From Myxococcales bacterium (GTDB lineage Bacteria; Myxococcota_A; UBA9042; JABWCM01; BTVJ01), in the NCBI GenBank assembly GCA_045863395.1, contig BTVJ01000004.1, positions 32,001 through 96,000 on the forward strand: a stretch of DNA of 64,000 bases, given 5' to 3'. Positions 37,366-46,450 of this stretch are shown piece by piece; within the stretch, counting starts at the first letter, position 1; every line of letters starts with the position of its first letter. Position numbers and translations under genes: made by a program. The notes under the pieces are model-generated. The model was not told where the DNA came from and did no database searches. It saw nothing but the letters and a program-made list of their open reading frames with translations.

Positions 37366-40299
37366 ATGTTGTCTGTCGACCAGCTTCGGCGACTGGAGTC
37401 CACCCGGGCCCTCCTGCCCAATTCGCTCGCAACCAGCCTGACCGGCGCACTCCTCGAGCGGGATCCTCGCTCGAAACTACGTGAAATTCTGCGGTTCTGC
37501 GAGTCATTGGCACGCTACCTGTGCGACCTGCTCAACTCGGCGTACACGATGCGCAAGGACACGGACCCGTCCATCGAAAGGGAGCTGCGCGCCAAGTCGA
37601 AGAAGGAGAAGACAGCGGGTCTGTCCTTCGGGGACCTCGTTGCATCACTGGCGGTGTTCAGAGGACGAATGACGGAGGAGATGGCGCTTCCTCAGATCAA
37701 GGTGATCCTCTCGGAACAGCTTCCTGGCGAGTGTCTCACGGCCATCAGGACCATCGAGATCATCATGGAAGCGACGGGCGATTTCGAGGTCCCCCCACAC
37801 AAGGTAGCCGCCTATGTCAAGAGACGGCTGGCCGAACGTGGGGCCGTCGGAAAGAAGAACATCACGGACCTCCTGTGGATGCTCGCAAGAGTCCGCAATG
37901 CCTTTCACCACCCGTCGGACGCGGGGGCCCGCGCTGCGGACTCGAGAGTCGACGCTCGTCAGGAGGCCGAGGCGCCCTCACCGGCGACCGGGAAACAGTG
38001 GTGGTCGGAGGCCATTGAGTTCTACGTCGCGCTAGTGGAGACGCTGCACCCGGCACTCGTGGATCTGCTCCTCTGGTCGCCCCTCGTCGCGCTGGTAGAG
38101 CAGTACGAGCTCGTCGAGACCTTGTCGCCATCCGTGTCGGTGGACGACGGGTTTCTCTCGACCGTAAGACGTAACAGCCCAAGTGCCGAGCTGCTGCTCG
38201 TGCCAAGCCAGATCCGAACGGACTCGCCGTTGGAATCCGGACAGCTCTGCGTCGCTGCTCGGACGGCCGATCCATCTCGACTCGAGCTTTGTGTCCGCGG
38301 ACTTCGGTATCCTGCGAGCCGGCTGGCGCGCACGGAACACCTCGCCATGTATCGCAAGGCATTCGTACGAGCGATCCTGGGCGACGCGGTCGTCGATGCC
38401 GCCGATGAGTCAGCACTGGAGGAGATTCGGGCTCAGGGCGACCTCACAGACGGTGAGGTAGCGGAGTGTCGTTCATCGGTTCTCCAACGCTGGCTCGCAG
38501 CATGTCCGACCTCGGAGCCGATCCAGAGCCTGGGCACAGACATCACACCGAGACCGAGCGACGCTCTGGAGCATTGGCTCTCAAGGGATACACCGGCAAA
38601 GTCCGAGAGTCCGGCAGCCCCTGGTGACGTAGTTGCGCAGGCAGCATCTCTCATGGGCCACGTCTGTGGTCTGGTATTGCGGTCCCTTCAGGACAACGGC
38701 GCCATGGGGCTCGAGGCTCTCGTTCGGAGCACGTCTGTCGAGGCCCTCGCGTTGGCCCGTGCTCTGCAGTGGCTCGTGGACCGTAAGCGGGTGACGAGCG
38801 CAGGCAGCACGCAACAGGGAAATGCGGCACGCACATACCAGCTCTTGGACCAGGCACACATCGACACATTCCGGTCCGTCCTCGTCGAGGTTGGACACGA
38901 GATTGACTCAGGGAAGGTGATCAGCGGCCAGGTCTGGCGTCTCATCAAGTTGACGGACTCACTCCTGAGAGATCTCGGACACACCGAGGATTTCGCCGAG
39001 CGATGGCGAGAGCTGGAGGAGCGCGCACTGTCTCAAACGGATCTGGAGGTTTCTGACACTACCGATGTAGACGAAGAGGCTGATCGCCTGGACCTCATGA
39101 TCGAGGGTACCGACGTCAGCGCAAAGCGCTTGACACATCTGGTGCGGCGGGCTTGGGAGCTCGTGTGCAACGACGACAGGATGGTAAGACAGGTGACATC
39201 CCCAGGCAGCGCCATACCGTTCAAGGTCGGTCGCAGCCGCTATTTCGCTCACAGTGCACCAGAGCACTCCAACGGCACCGCGTTTGCTTTGCCCGTCGAG
39301 TGTCTCTGCGGCGACACGGCGGTCTACTTCGAGTGCAACTGGAGTCGTCGCGAAGGTGTCTTCCACCTCATCGGATTTCTGGGGAGGTGCGGATTCCGCG
39401 CCGAGTCCGCCTCCGTTGGAGAGCAGGTCGTGCAGGTTGAACAGGCCGCGCCGGAGCCAGGCGACGAGTCCACGCGGTCACGGCCCGGCGGTGTGCAGCA
39501 AGCCCTTGGCGACGGCGATGGTCGGGGAGTTGCGATTCTGCTGACGGACGGTGAGGAGCTCGATATTCGCGGCCGCAACGTTCCGCGCTTTCTGGGCTCG
39601 CTTCTGCGCTGGCTCGTGGACAATGATCTGATTCATGAGCAGGTGCATGGTGAGCCACTGCTTCCGTTTCAAAGCGGCAGAGTGCGAAACTTCGTCGCGC
39701 TTGCGCCGTTTCACCAGGACGAGACGCCATTCCAACGCCCGGTGGAGTACCAGGGACTCTACATGGAGGCGTCTCAATCATGGGAATCGGCGCTGGAGTA
39801 CTCGAAGCGCCTGCTCGACAGACTCAGGCTCGACTGTCGTGTCCTGGTGGATGATTCGCGACTGCCGCTCATGGTCCGTGTGCGCGATGGCGCGCCCATC
39901 GAAGGGGAGAACGTTCGCGATTTGTTCGTTGCGGCATGCCAGTATCTGGTCGAGTCCCAGAATGCATCCCGAGTACCCGTTCCACTTGCGAGCGGCACGA
40001 AGCGGTACATCATGTCCGAAACTCCGGTTCATCCAGCCGGCAACGCATTCAGCAGTCCGGTCCAGATTGATCTCAACGGGCGTCTCGTATACTGCGAAGC
40101 CAACGTAAGCAGAGCGAGCGCGCTGTCCTATGTCGTCAAGCTTTTGGAGTCCACTGGCACCATCATCGTCGATGCCCAGGGCCACAATGCGCTACAGGAA
40201 GCACTGGGCGCTGCGTCCTCGGGCGAGGGGCCCGACGTCCATAGCAGTGCATTGGACAGTCTGGGAGACGCAATCAGCGAGGCTGGAGCGACTCTCTGA
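37366..40299 (+). CDS. 977-aa multidomain hypothetical protein: HEPN-like N-terminus, TerB-like and wHTH-like segments, three C-terminal SeqA-C-like repeats (candidate defence effector)
   Basis: GAGGAG RBS; RNAFHH (RxxxxH) at 37894-37911; three ~100-aa repeats at about 39088-40160. The ORF is clear; the domain calls are inference. Confidence 0.72.
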   Translation: MLSVDQLRRLESTRALLPNSLATSLTGALLERDPRSKLREILRFCESLARYLCDLLNSAYTMRKDTDPSIERELRAKSKKEKTAGLSFGDLVASLAVFRGRMTEEMALPQIKVILSEQLPGECLTAIRTIEIIMEATGDFEVPPHKVAAYVKRRLAERGAVGKKNITDLLWMLARVRNAFHHPSDAGARAADSRVDARQEAEAPSPATGKQWWSEAIEFYVALVETLHPALVDLLLWSPLVALVEQYELVETLSPSVSVDDGFLSTVRRNSPSAELLLVPSQIRTDSPLESGQLCVAARTADPSRLELCVRGLRYPASRLARTEHLAMYRKAFVRAILGDAVVDAADESALEEIRAQGDLTDGEVAECRSSVLQRWLAACPTSEPIQSLGTDITPRPSDALEHWLSRDTPAKSESPAAPGDVVAQAASLMGHVCGLVLRSLQDNGAMGLEALVRSTSVEALALARALQWLVDRKRVTSAGSTQQGNAARTYQLLDQAHIDTFRSVLVEVGHEIDSGKVISGQVWRLIKLTDSLLRDLGHTEDFAERWRELEERALSQTDLEVSDTTDVDEEADRLDLMIEGTDVSAKRLTHLVRRAWELVCNDDRMVRQVTSPGSAIPFKVGRSRYFAHSAPEHSNGTAFALPVECLCGDTAVYFECNWSRREGVFHLIGFLGRCGFRAESASVGEQVVQVEQAAPEPGDESTRSRPGGVQQALGDGDGRGVAILLTDGEELDIRGRNVPRFLGSLLRWLVDNDLIHEQVHGEPLLPFQSGRVRNFVALAPFHQDETPFQRPVEYQGLYMEASQSWESALEYSKRLLDRLRLDCRVLVDDSRLPLMVRVRDGAPIEGENVRDLFVAACQYLVESQNASRVPVPLASGTKRYIMSETPVHPAGNAFSSPVQIDLNGRLVYCEANVSRASALSYVVKLLESTGTIIVDAQGHNALQEALGAASSGEGPDVHSSALDSLGDAISEAGATL

Positions 40300-40458
40300 G
40301 GCGAGCGGGCTCGGACCCGTGCGAGGGTCTCTGTGTTGTGACGTCTCGTCAGGCGAGGAGCGCGCAATCGGTGGCGTAGACGCGCTGTGGCGTTGGGTGC
40401 CCCCTGACCCGCCGCGGTCCTCGTGGGCCGGGATCACGACGCCTTGGCATGCCACGGA

Positions 40459-42141
40459 TCAGAGCGTCTCCTCCCGCCCGAACAGCGGCGCCAGGAGCAC
40501 CACGCCGGCGCAGCCGACCACGTTGTACCAGAGGAAGCCGACGTCGCTCAGGAAGAACATCGCCAGCACGAGGGCCTCGGAGAGGACCGCCGCCCAGAAG
40601 ACGCCGGCGGCGCGGACCCGCTTGAGGAAGAAGGCGGCGAGGAAGATGCCGAGGATGGTGCCGTAGAAGAGGGAGCCGAGGATGTTGACGGCCTGGATGA
40701 GGTTGTCGATGAGCGAGGCGAAGGTCGCAAACGCGATGGCGAGGAGCCCCCACCCCACGATGAAGACCTTGGAGACGCGCAGCGTGTGGGCCTCGTCGGC
40801 GTCTGGCCGGAAGGAGCGCTTGTAGAAGTCGATGGCGGTGGTGGTGCCCAGCGCCGACAGCTCGCTCGCCGTCGACGACATGGCCGCCGACAGGATCACC
40901 GCGACCAGCAGCCCCACCACCCCGATGGGGAGGAACTTCATCACGAAGCTCAGGAAGACGTAGTCCGTGTCCTTGGTCTCGGCCCCGGGCACCGCGCGGG
41001 CGATGATCGCCCTCGCCTTGGCGCGCAGCTCCACGTCCTGCGCGGAGAGCTCCCGCATGGACGCCTTCGCCGTCGCCGCCGCCTCCTCGTCACCCGCCCT
41101 GCGCGCGCCGAGCCAGGTGTCCACCGCCGCGCGCTTGACCTGGAAGATGCGCGCGTGGGCGGCCTCCACCTCCGCCAGCTCCGGCCCATGAGAGGTCGCC
41201 GCCGCCTGGGCCCGCGCGGCCTCGTTGAAGAACACCGGCGGCTCCACGAACTGGTAGAACACGAACACCATGACCCCGATGAACAGGATGAGGAACTGCA
41301 TGGGGATCTTGAGCAGCCCGTTGAACAGGAGCCCGAGGCGCGCCTGGGCGATGGAGCGCCCGGACAGGTAGCGCTGCACCTGGCTCTGGTCGGTCCCGAA
41401 GTAGGCGAGCGCGAGGAAGAGCCCCCCTGTGATCCCCGACCAGAAGGTGTAGCGGCTGTCGAGGTCCAGGCTGAAGTCGATGGCGTTCATGCGGCCGAAG
41501 GCCCCCGCCACCTGGACCGCCTCGCCGAAGGAGACGTGCTCCGGCAGGTGGAGCACCACCATGACCAGCGCCGCCACCATGCCGCCGAGCATCACCACCA
41601 TCTGGTGCTTCTGGGTCTGGCTCACCGCCTTGGTGCCGCCGGTCACCGTGTAGACGACGACCACGAGGCCGATGGCCACGTTGGTCACGTCCAGGGGCCA
41701 GCCGAGGATGGTGGAGAGGATGATCGCCGGCGCGTAGATGGTGATTCCCGCGGCCAGGCCTCGTTGAATCAGGAAGAGAAACGCAGCGAGCTGGCGGGTG
41801 CGCTTGTCGAAGCGGCTCTCCAGGAACTCGTAGGCCGTGTAGACCCGCAGCCGGAAGTAGCGGGGCACCACCACCGCGGACAGGATCACCATGGCGATGG
41901 GCAGCCCGAGGTAGAACTGGACGAAGCGCATGCCGTCGTCGTAGCCCTGCCCCGGGGTGGACAGGAAGGTGATGGCGCTCGCCTGGGTCGCCATGACGCT
42001 CAGGCCGACGGTGTACCAGGGCAGCTCGTTGTCGCCGCGCAGGTAGCCCTGCACCGTCGCCACACGGCGCGTCTTCCAGGCCCCGTAGGCGACGATGCCG
42101 AAGACCGTGCCCAGCATCACCGCCCAGTCGAGGGCGCTCAC
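40459..42141 (-). CDS. Sodium:solute symporter (SSS family)
   Basis: GLSVMATQASAITFLSTPGQ, TAYEFLESRF, YFGTDQSQVQRYL and GLLVAVILSAAMSS. Confidence 0.92.
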   Translation of the reverse strand: MSALDWAVMLGTVFGIVAYGAWKTRRVATVQGYLRGDNELPWYTVGLSVMATQASAITFLSTPGQGYDDGMRFVQFYLGLPIAMVILSAVVVPRYFRLRVYTAYEFLESRFDKRTRQLAAFLFLIQRGLAAGITIYAPAIILSTILGWPLDVTNVAIGLVVVVYTVTGGTKAVSQTQKHQMVVMLGGMVAALVMVVLHLPEHVSFGEAVQVAGAFGRMNAIDFSLDLDSRYTFWSGITGGLFLALAYFGTDQSQVQRYLSGRSIAQARLGLLFNGLLKIPMQFLILFIGVMVFVFYQFVEPPVFFNEAARAQAAATSHGPELAEVEAAHARIFQVKRAAVDTWLGARRAGDEEAAATAKASMRELSAQDVELRAKARAIIARAVPGAETKDTDYVFLSFVMKFLPIGVVGLLVAVILSAAMSSTASELSALGTTTAIDFYKRSFRPDADEAHTLRVSKVFIVGWGLLAIAFATFASLIDNLIQAVNILGSLFYGTILGIFLAAFFLKRVRAAGVFWAAVLSEALVLAMFFLSDVGFLWYNVVGCAGVVLLAPLFGREETL

Positions 42142-42281
42142 CCGAGCACCTCCGTCAGGACGGTGAACGCGACGACGAGCGCGGCGAGGGTGCCCAGCAC
42201 GACGAGGTAGATGGCGCGCCAGCTCCCGAGGACCGGGGGGGCGTCGTCCAGGTCCCGGTCTCCCGTCGGGTCAGTTCGCAT
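42138..42281 (-). CDS. 47-aa single-TM small protein coupled to the symporter
   Basis: Hand translation MRTDPTGDRDLDDAPPVLGSWRAIYLVVLGTLAALVVAFTVLTEVLG*; GTGA overlap with the SSS start and overlap with the upstream gene end. Confidence 0.72.
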   Translation of the reverse strand: MRTDPTGDRDLDDAPPVLGSWRAIYLVVLGTLAALVVAFTVLTEVLG

Positions 42282-44724
42282 GGTCGATCAGGTTGGCCAT
42301 GAGCCGGAAGGCGCCCGGCACCCCCGCGGGGAGCTGGCGGAAGAAGGACAGCCCGGTGTAGACGATGCGGCCCTTGCCATGGGGCATGACCAGCAGGGAG
42401 CCCAGCTGAGGGTCCTCCCCCGGGTCCGCCATGGAGAGGACGGGGGTCCAGGCCGGGTCCCACGAGTCGGCGAAGTAGAGGCCGCGCTCCTGCACCCAGC
42501 CATCGAAGTCGGCGGCGGTGATCGCGTTCGGGCGCGTCAGGATGGGGTGATCACCCAGGAAGGTCACCGCCGCTCCCTCGTCCGTGACGCGGCCGCGCCC
42601 GACGGAGATTGGTTTGGGCCCGATGGGGGCCAGCAGATCACTCAGGTGGTTTCGCGTCGCGTACTGGACTACCAGCGTGCCGCCGCGGCTCGCCCACTCG
42701 TGGAGGCGCGGGGCCCACACCTTGATCCGCGGCGTGCTGCTGAAGGCGCGGACCCCCACCACGATGCTGCGCCACTGGCTCAGGTCGCCGGCCGTGAGCT
42801 GCGCGTCCGTCAGCTCGTCCACGGCGTAGCCCGCGTCCCGCAGCGCGTCGGCCACCTTGTCGCCGGGGCCGGGCACGTAGCCGACGCGGTCCGTGACGCG
42901 TGCCAGCGGAACCGAGACGAGCGGCACCGACGCCTCCCGGTGGATGGTCTGGATGGGGATGTGCGGGTAGTCGATGCGCGCCACCGAGACGGAGACCGGT
43001 CCGTCACCGGCATCGACGACGGCGCGAGCGCGGCCGCTCCCCTCTCCCCGCAGCGTGAACGTGACGGCCGCCTCGTCCCCCACCGCGTCCAGTGAGACGG
43101 CGTGGGACCGCGGCTCCACCGAGAACCCGGCGGGCAGCTCCAGGCGCACGGTGGCGCGCAGGCCGGGCACCGACGCCCGCACCAGGAGCCGGACGAGGCG
43201 GGGCGCGCCACTCGGCACCACCAGGGCCTCCCGGTCGAAGGCGACCGTCGCGGGCGGCGCCACCTCCAAGGCTCGGGTCCGCTCCCCCTCCACCGGATCC
43301 ACCCACGAGTACGCCAGGTCCCGGGTGAAGTGCAGGGTCTGGTCGCCCGCCCGCACGGCGAACACCACCGGCAGGGCGGGCGGCCCCACCGGCAGGCCGA
43401 GGAGCGCCGGAGGGACGCGGAACAGCGCGCCGTCCGGGGGCTCCCGCAGCCAGTAGGGCGCCGTGTAGGGGGCGCCCGGGGGAACGACGGTCTCCTCCAC
43501 CAGGGTCATGGGGAGGTTGTCCGGGAGGGGACGGTCCACCTCCACCACGCGCCCATCTGGCAGCATCGCGGAGAGCAGACGCAGCTCGACGGGCGAGCGG
43601 TTGGTGGCCTCGATGCGAACCGTGAGCGGGGCCCCCGGGACGCCCTCCACCCGGTCGGCCAGCGCCGCCAGGTAGAGGCCGCTCAGGTGGGCGATCAGCG
43701 AATCCAGGCGCGCGAGGGTCCGCTCCTTCCACGGGCCGTCGGGGAGCAGAGTGGCAGCCGCGCGGGCCGCCAGGAGCGCCGGCACCGCCCGGTGGGGCGC
43801 CCGAGGGTCGAAGGCGGCGCGAGCGTCCTCGACGGCCTTGCCCACCGCCGCCCCCCCGGCCAGCCGCCCCCACGTCAGGTCCAGCCCCTCCAGGATGTCT
43901 CCAGTCGGGCGCGTCCCCGCCAGCGGCTCGAAGTACTCGATGATCGCCCCCCGCTGCTGCGCCGCCCCGAAGCCCTGGCTCTTGTGCATGCTGCGGCTCC
44001 GCCCGGCCAGCTCCCCCCACGAGGTCCCGAGCAGGGGGCTGTAGCCGCCCACGTCGACGGAGAGCCACCGGGACTTGTCCGTCTCGGGCGTGATGGTCCA
44101 GTGGGAGACGTTGTACAGGAGCCGGTCCGCCTGCCACGGGGCCACCTGCGAAAGCTGCTCGGGGAAGCGCGCGGGATCGGCCGCCGCCGTGAACGCCTCC
44201 GCGCCCAGGATCGCCGACGCCGTGTGGTGCCCGTGGTTCGGTGACCCACCCGTCGCGAACCGCACGATGATGGCGTCGGGCTGCACGAGGCGCACGGCCC
44301 ACACCACGTCGGCGAGGACCTCCTCGTGCCCCCAGAGCGCCAGGGTCTCCTCCGCGGTCTTCGAGTAGCCGAAGTCCACGGCGCGGGTGAAGAGCTGCTC
44401 GGCGCCGTCCAGGCGGCGCGCGGCCATCAGCTCCTGCGTGCGGATCAGCCCGAACAGCGAGTCCTGCTCCTCGCCGATGAGGTTCTGCCCGCCATCGCCC
44501 CGGGTCAGGGACAGGTAGACGGTCCGCACCTTGCGCTCGTTGGCCAGGTAGGAGAGGAGCCGCGTGTTCTCGTCGTCCGGGTGGGCAGCGATGTAGAGCA
44601 CCGTGCCGACGGTGCCGAGCTTGTCCAGCTCGTGCTGGAGCCGCGCCGCGTCGGGCTGCGCCTGCGCGGCGAGGGCGACGAGGAGGGTTGCGCCGGTGAG
44701 GGCGCCTCGGAGTGCGATCATCAT
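42271..44724 (-). CDS. Exported PIG-L/LmbE-family deacetylase with Ig-like and C-terminal class I GAT-like domains
   Basis: Signal peptide ending AQA-Q; AAHPDDE, LTRGDGGQN, RTQEL..ARRLDG, DFGYSK and HGHH; GWVQERGLYF..YTGLSFFRQLPAGVPGA. Confidence 0.87.
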   Translation of the reverse strand: MMIALRGALTGATLLVALAAQAQPDAARLQHELDKLGTVGTVLYIAAHPDDENTRLLSYLANERKVRTVYLSLTRGDGGQNLIGEEQDSLFGLIRTQELMAARRLDGAEQLFTRAVDFGYSKTAEETLALWGHEEVLADVVWAVRLVQPDAIIVRFATGGSPNHGHHTASAILGAEAFTAAADPARFPEQLSQVAPWQADRLLYNVSHWTITPETDKSRWLSVDVGGYSPLLGTSWGELAGRSRSMHKSQGFGAAQQRGAIIEYFEPLAGTRPTGDILEGLDLTWGRLAGGAAVGKAVEDARAAFDPRAPHRAVPALLAARAAATLLPDGPWKERTLARLDSLIAHLSGLYLAALADRVEGVPGAPLTVRIEATNRSPVELRLLSAMLPDGRVVEVDRPLPDNLPMTLVEETVVPPGAPYTAPYWLREPPDGALFRVPPALLGLPVGPPALPVVFAVRAGDQTLHFTRDLAYSWVDPVEGERTRALEVAPPATVAFDREALVVPSGAPRLVRLLVRASVPGLRATVRLELPAGFSVEPRSHAVSLDAVGDEAAVTFTLRGEGSGRARAVVDAGDGPVSVSVARIDYPHIPIQTIHREASVPLVSVPLARVTDRVGYVPGPGDKVADALRDAGYAVDELTDAQLTAGDLSQWRSIVVGVRAFSSTPRIKVWAPRLHEWASRGGTLVVQYATRNHLSDLLAPIGPKPISVGRGRVTDEGAAVTFLGDHPILTRPNAITAADFDGWVQERGLYFADSWDPAWTPVLSMADPGEDPQLGSLLVMPHGKGRIVYTGLSFFRQLPAGVPGAFRLMANLIDHAN

Positions 44725-44911
44725 CCACCTTTCTGCCGGGAGCATTCCCATGGTCACGCGAGCCCCTCCGAACACACGAGGGACGCTGTAGCATCCCGCC
44801 ATCTGGTGCCCGGAGCGACCTTTTGCCTGGAGTGCGCTTGCGGTATGTTCGCCGTCGAGCGTCCGGTCCCGTTCCGGACGTGGGTCGACTACCTACCCCG
44901 GGAGACCATCG

Positions 44912-45361
44912 ATGAAGCGAACAATCGCGCTCGTCAGCCTGGCCCTCATGCTGACTGCGTGCGACGGGACCGAGGCGAGCGGCCCAGGTGACGCGCTGGG
45001 GGCCGATACCACGGCGGGTGACGCCGACGGGGCCGGCGCGGACACCCCCGACGGGACGCCGCACGATGCCACAGGCGCCATGGCCTGCGGCCCGACCACC
45101 ACCTGTGTACCTCCCCAGGCCTGCGAGGCGCTGGGGCAGGGCACCTGCGGCGGTCCCGCCCCCGGCCCGGACGGCAAGTGCGCACCGGGCTGCTCCCCCA
45201 TGGAGTGCGGCGGGGGCACGCATTGCCTGTGCGGCACCTACAAGTGCATCGACCTGCCCCCCGGGTGCACCGGCTGCGACTGCACGTGGACGGACTGGCA
45301 CCAGTCCTGTATCTGCGACGACTCGACCGGCCTGGTCGTGCTCCAGTGCCCGGGCGCGTGA
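44912..45361 (+). CDS. Small Cys-rich lipoprotein
   Basis: Lipobox MLTAC; Asp/Gly linker; Cys-rich C-terminal half. Confidence 0.72.
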   Translation: MKRTIALVSLALMLTACDGTEASGPGDALGADTTAGDADGAGADTPDGTPHDATGAMACGPTTTCVPPQACEALGQGTCGGPAPGPDGKCAPGCSPMECGGGTHCLCGTYKCIDLPPGCTGCDCTWTDWHQSCICDDSTGLVVLQCPGA

Positions 45362-45458
45362 CTCTGACTCCAGGTCGCGGACGGACCTCCTTCGTCGCCG
45401 TGAAAGCCGCCAACAGGGCTGAGCCGAGGGAAACCTCAGAGAGCCGCGCGGTCGAACC

Positions 45459-45571
45459 TGCCCGATCTGGCGTGCACCCTACGTGCCCCGGGGCACTCGC
45501 GCTTCTGGTTTTCATCAGATAACTGTATTGCAGTGCCCGATCTGGCGTGCACCCTACGTGCCCCGGGGCAC
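45459..45571. repeat. Perfect 38-bp direct repeat pair separated by a 37-bp AT-rich spacer (mini-array or REP-like)
   Basis: TGCCCGATCTGGCGTGCACCCTACGTGCCCCGGGGCAC at 45459-45496 and 45534-45571; contains the palindrome GTGCCCCGGGGCAC; spacer 16/37 GC. Confidence 0.9.
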
Positions 45572-45578
45572 CCCGGGC

Positions 45579-46448
45579 TCATGGCACGAGCCACGCTTCG
45601 AGCTGCTCCCAGGTCCACCCGGTCCCCTGCACGAACATGGCCCGCGCCATGCCCGCATGGACGAAGCGCTCGTCGCCGAGATCGAAGAGATCCTCCAGGA
45701 TCGGCAGGAGGCGCCCCCGCAGCTCGGGGTCCGCCAGGCCCAGCCCCAGCACCTCGTTGAGCTGTGCCAGCTTGCGCTCCACCCGGGCTGCCTTCTCCAG
45801 GCGGGAGGCCACGACGCTCGGCCGGTCCAGGCCGCAGACGCGAATGGTCTCCGCCCCATGCTCGCTGCCCGCCAGCGGGCGGACCGCGCCGCCTCCAAGA
45901 AACTCGAGGTGCTGCGCCGGATCGTGCCGCCCGAACGGGTCGAGGAGCAGCGGGTCCTCCACGGCCTCGTCGCCGGGTGCCGGCCGGGCGGCGCGCCCAC
46001 CCGCCACCGGGAAGAGGGCATTCTTCCACGACTGGTTGCACAGACCGCACGACACCAGGTAGTTGTCCCAGGAGTAGGCGAGCCACCAGTATCCGCTGTC
46101 CCAGGTCCCGACCTTGGGCGGCTTGCCGAACGACCGCCCCGCCGTGTTGTTGAGGCTCTGACGCTCTCTCCCCGGCTTGAGCAGCGTGAAGATGGCGGTC
46201 TTCGGGCGGTAGTGCTCCACGTCCCCGTGGTCCGTCAGGAGCCGCTCGCAGTAGCCGCACTTGCGGTGCTGCCGCTCGGCGAAGTGCTCCTTGACCCCTT
46301 CCCCCCACGCCGCGTTGGCCTTCAGGAAGTCGGCCACGCCCTTCCAGTCCCCGACGGTCCCCAGCGCCTCCGCCGCCTCCCGCAGCGTCTTCACCCGCAG
46401 CTCGAAGTCCGCCCTCCCCCCGGTGGGTCGCGCGCTGAACCGCAGCAT
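45579..46448 (-). CDS. HNH endonuclease, Septu PtuB / retron-effector type
   Basis: KCGYCE, DVEHYRPK, GYWWLAYSWDNYLVSCGLCN..KNALFP and PLLLDP. Confidence 0.85.
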   Translation of the reverse strand: MLRFSARPTGGRADFELRVKTLREAAEALGTVGDWKGVADFLKANAAWGEGVKEHFAERQHRKCGYCERLLTDHGDVEHYRPKTAIFTLLKPGRERQSLNNTAGRSFGKPPKVGTWDSGYWWLAYSWDNYLVSCGLCNQSWKNALFPVAGGRAARPAPGDEAVEDPLLLDPFGRHDPAQHLEFLGGGAVRPLAGSEHGAETIRVCGLDRPSVVASRLEKAARVERKLAQLNEVLGLGLADPELRGRLLPILEDLFDLGDERFVHAGMARAMFVQGTGWTWEQLEAWLVP

Positions 46449-46450
46449 GG

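Larger units (their letters stand above)
36830..40400. other. Lower-GC islet, probably horizontally acquired; no integrase or transposase seen
   Basis: Spot count 34/60 GC at 39901-39960 versus 45/60 at 35761-35820; many A/T-ending codons; boundaries approximate. Confidence 0.7.

Noticed and set aside
42271..44724. Annotating the PIG-L protein as bshB1
   Set aside because: It is about 817 aa with a signal peptide and extra domains, unlike the small cytoplasmic BshB
45497..45533. CTGATGA on the - strand of the spacer as a hammerhead ribozyme core
   Set aside because: No stem II followed by GAAA and no stem I/III pairing found
45459..45571. Calling the repeat pair a true CRISPR array
   Set aside because: Only two repeats, no degenerate third copy at the 75-bp period, no typical GAAA(C/G) end and no cas genes in the window; kept as an unexplained repeat
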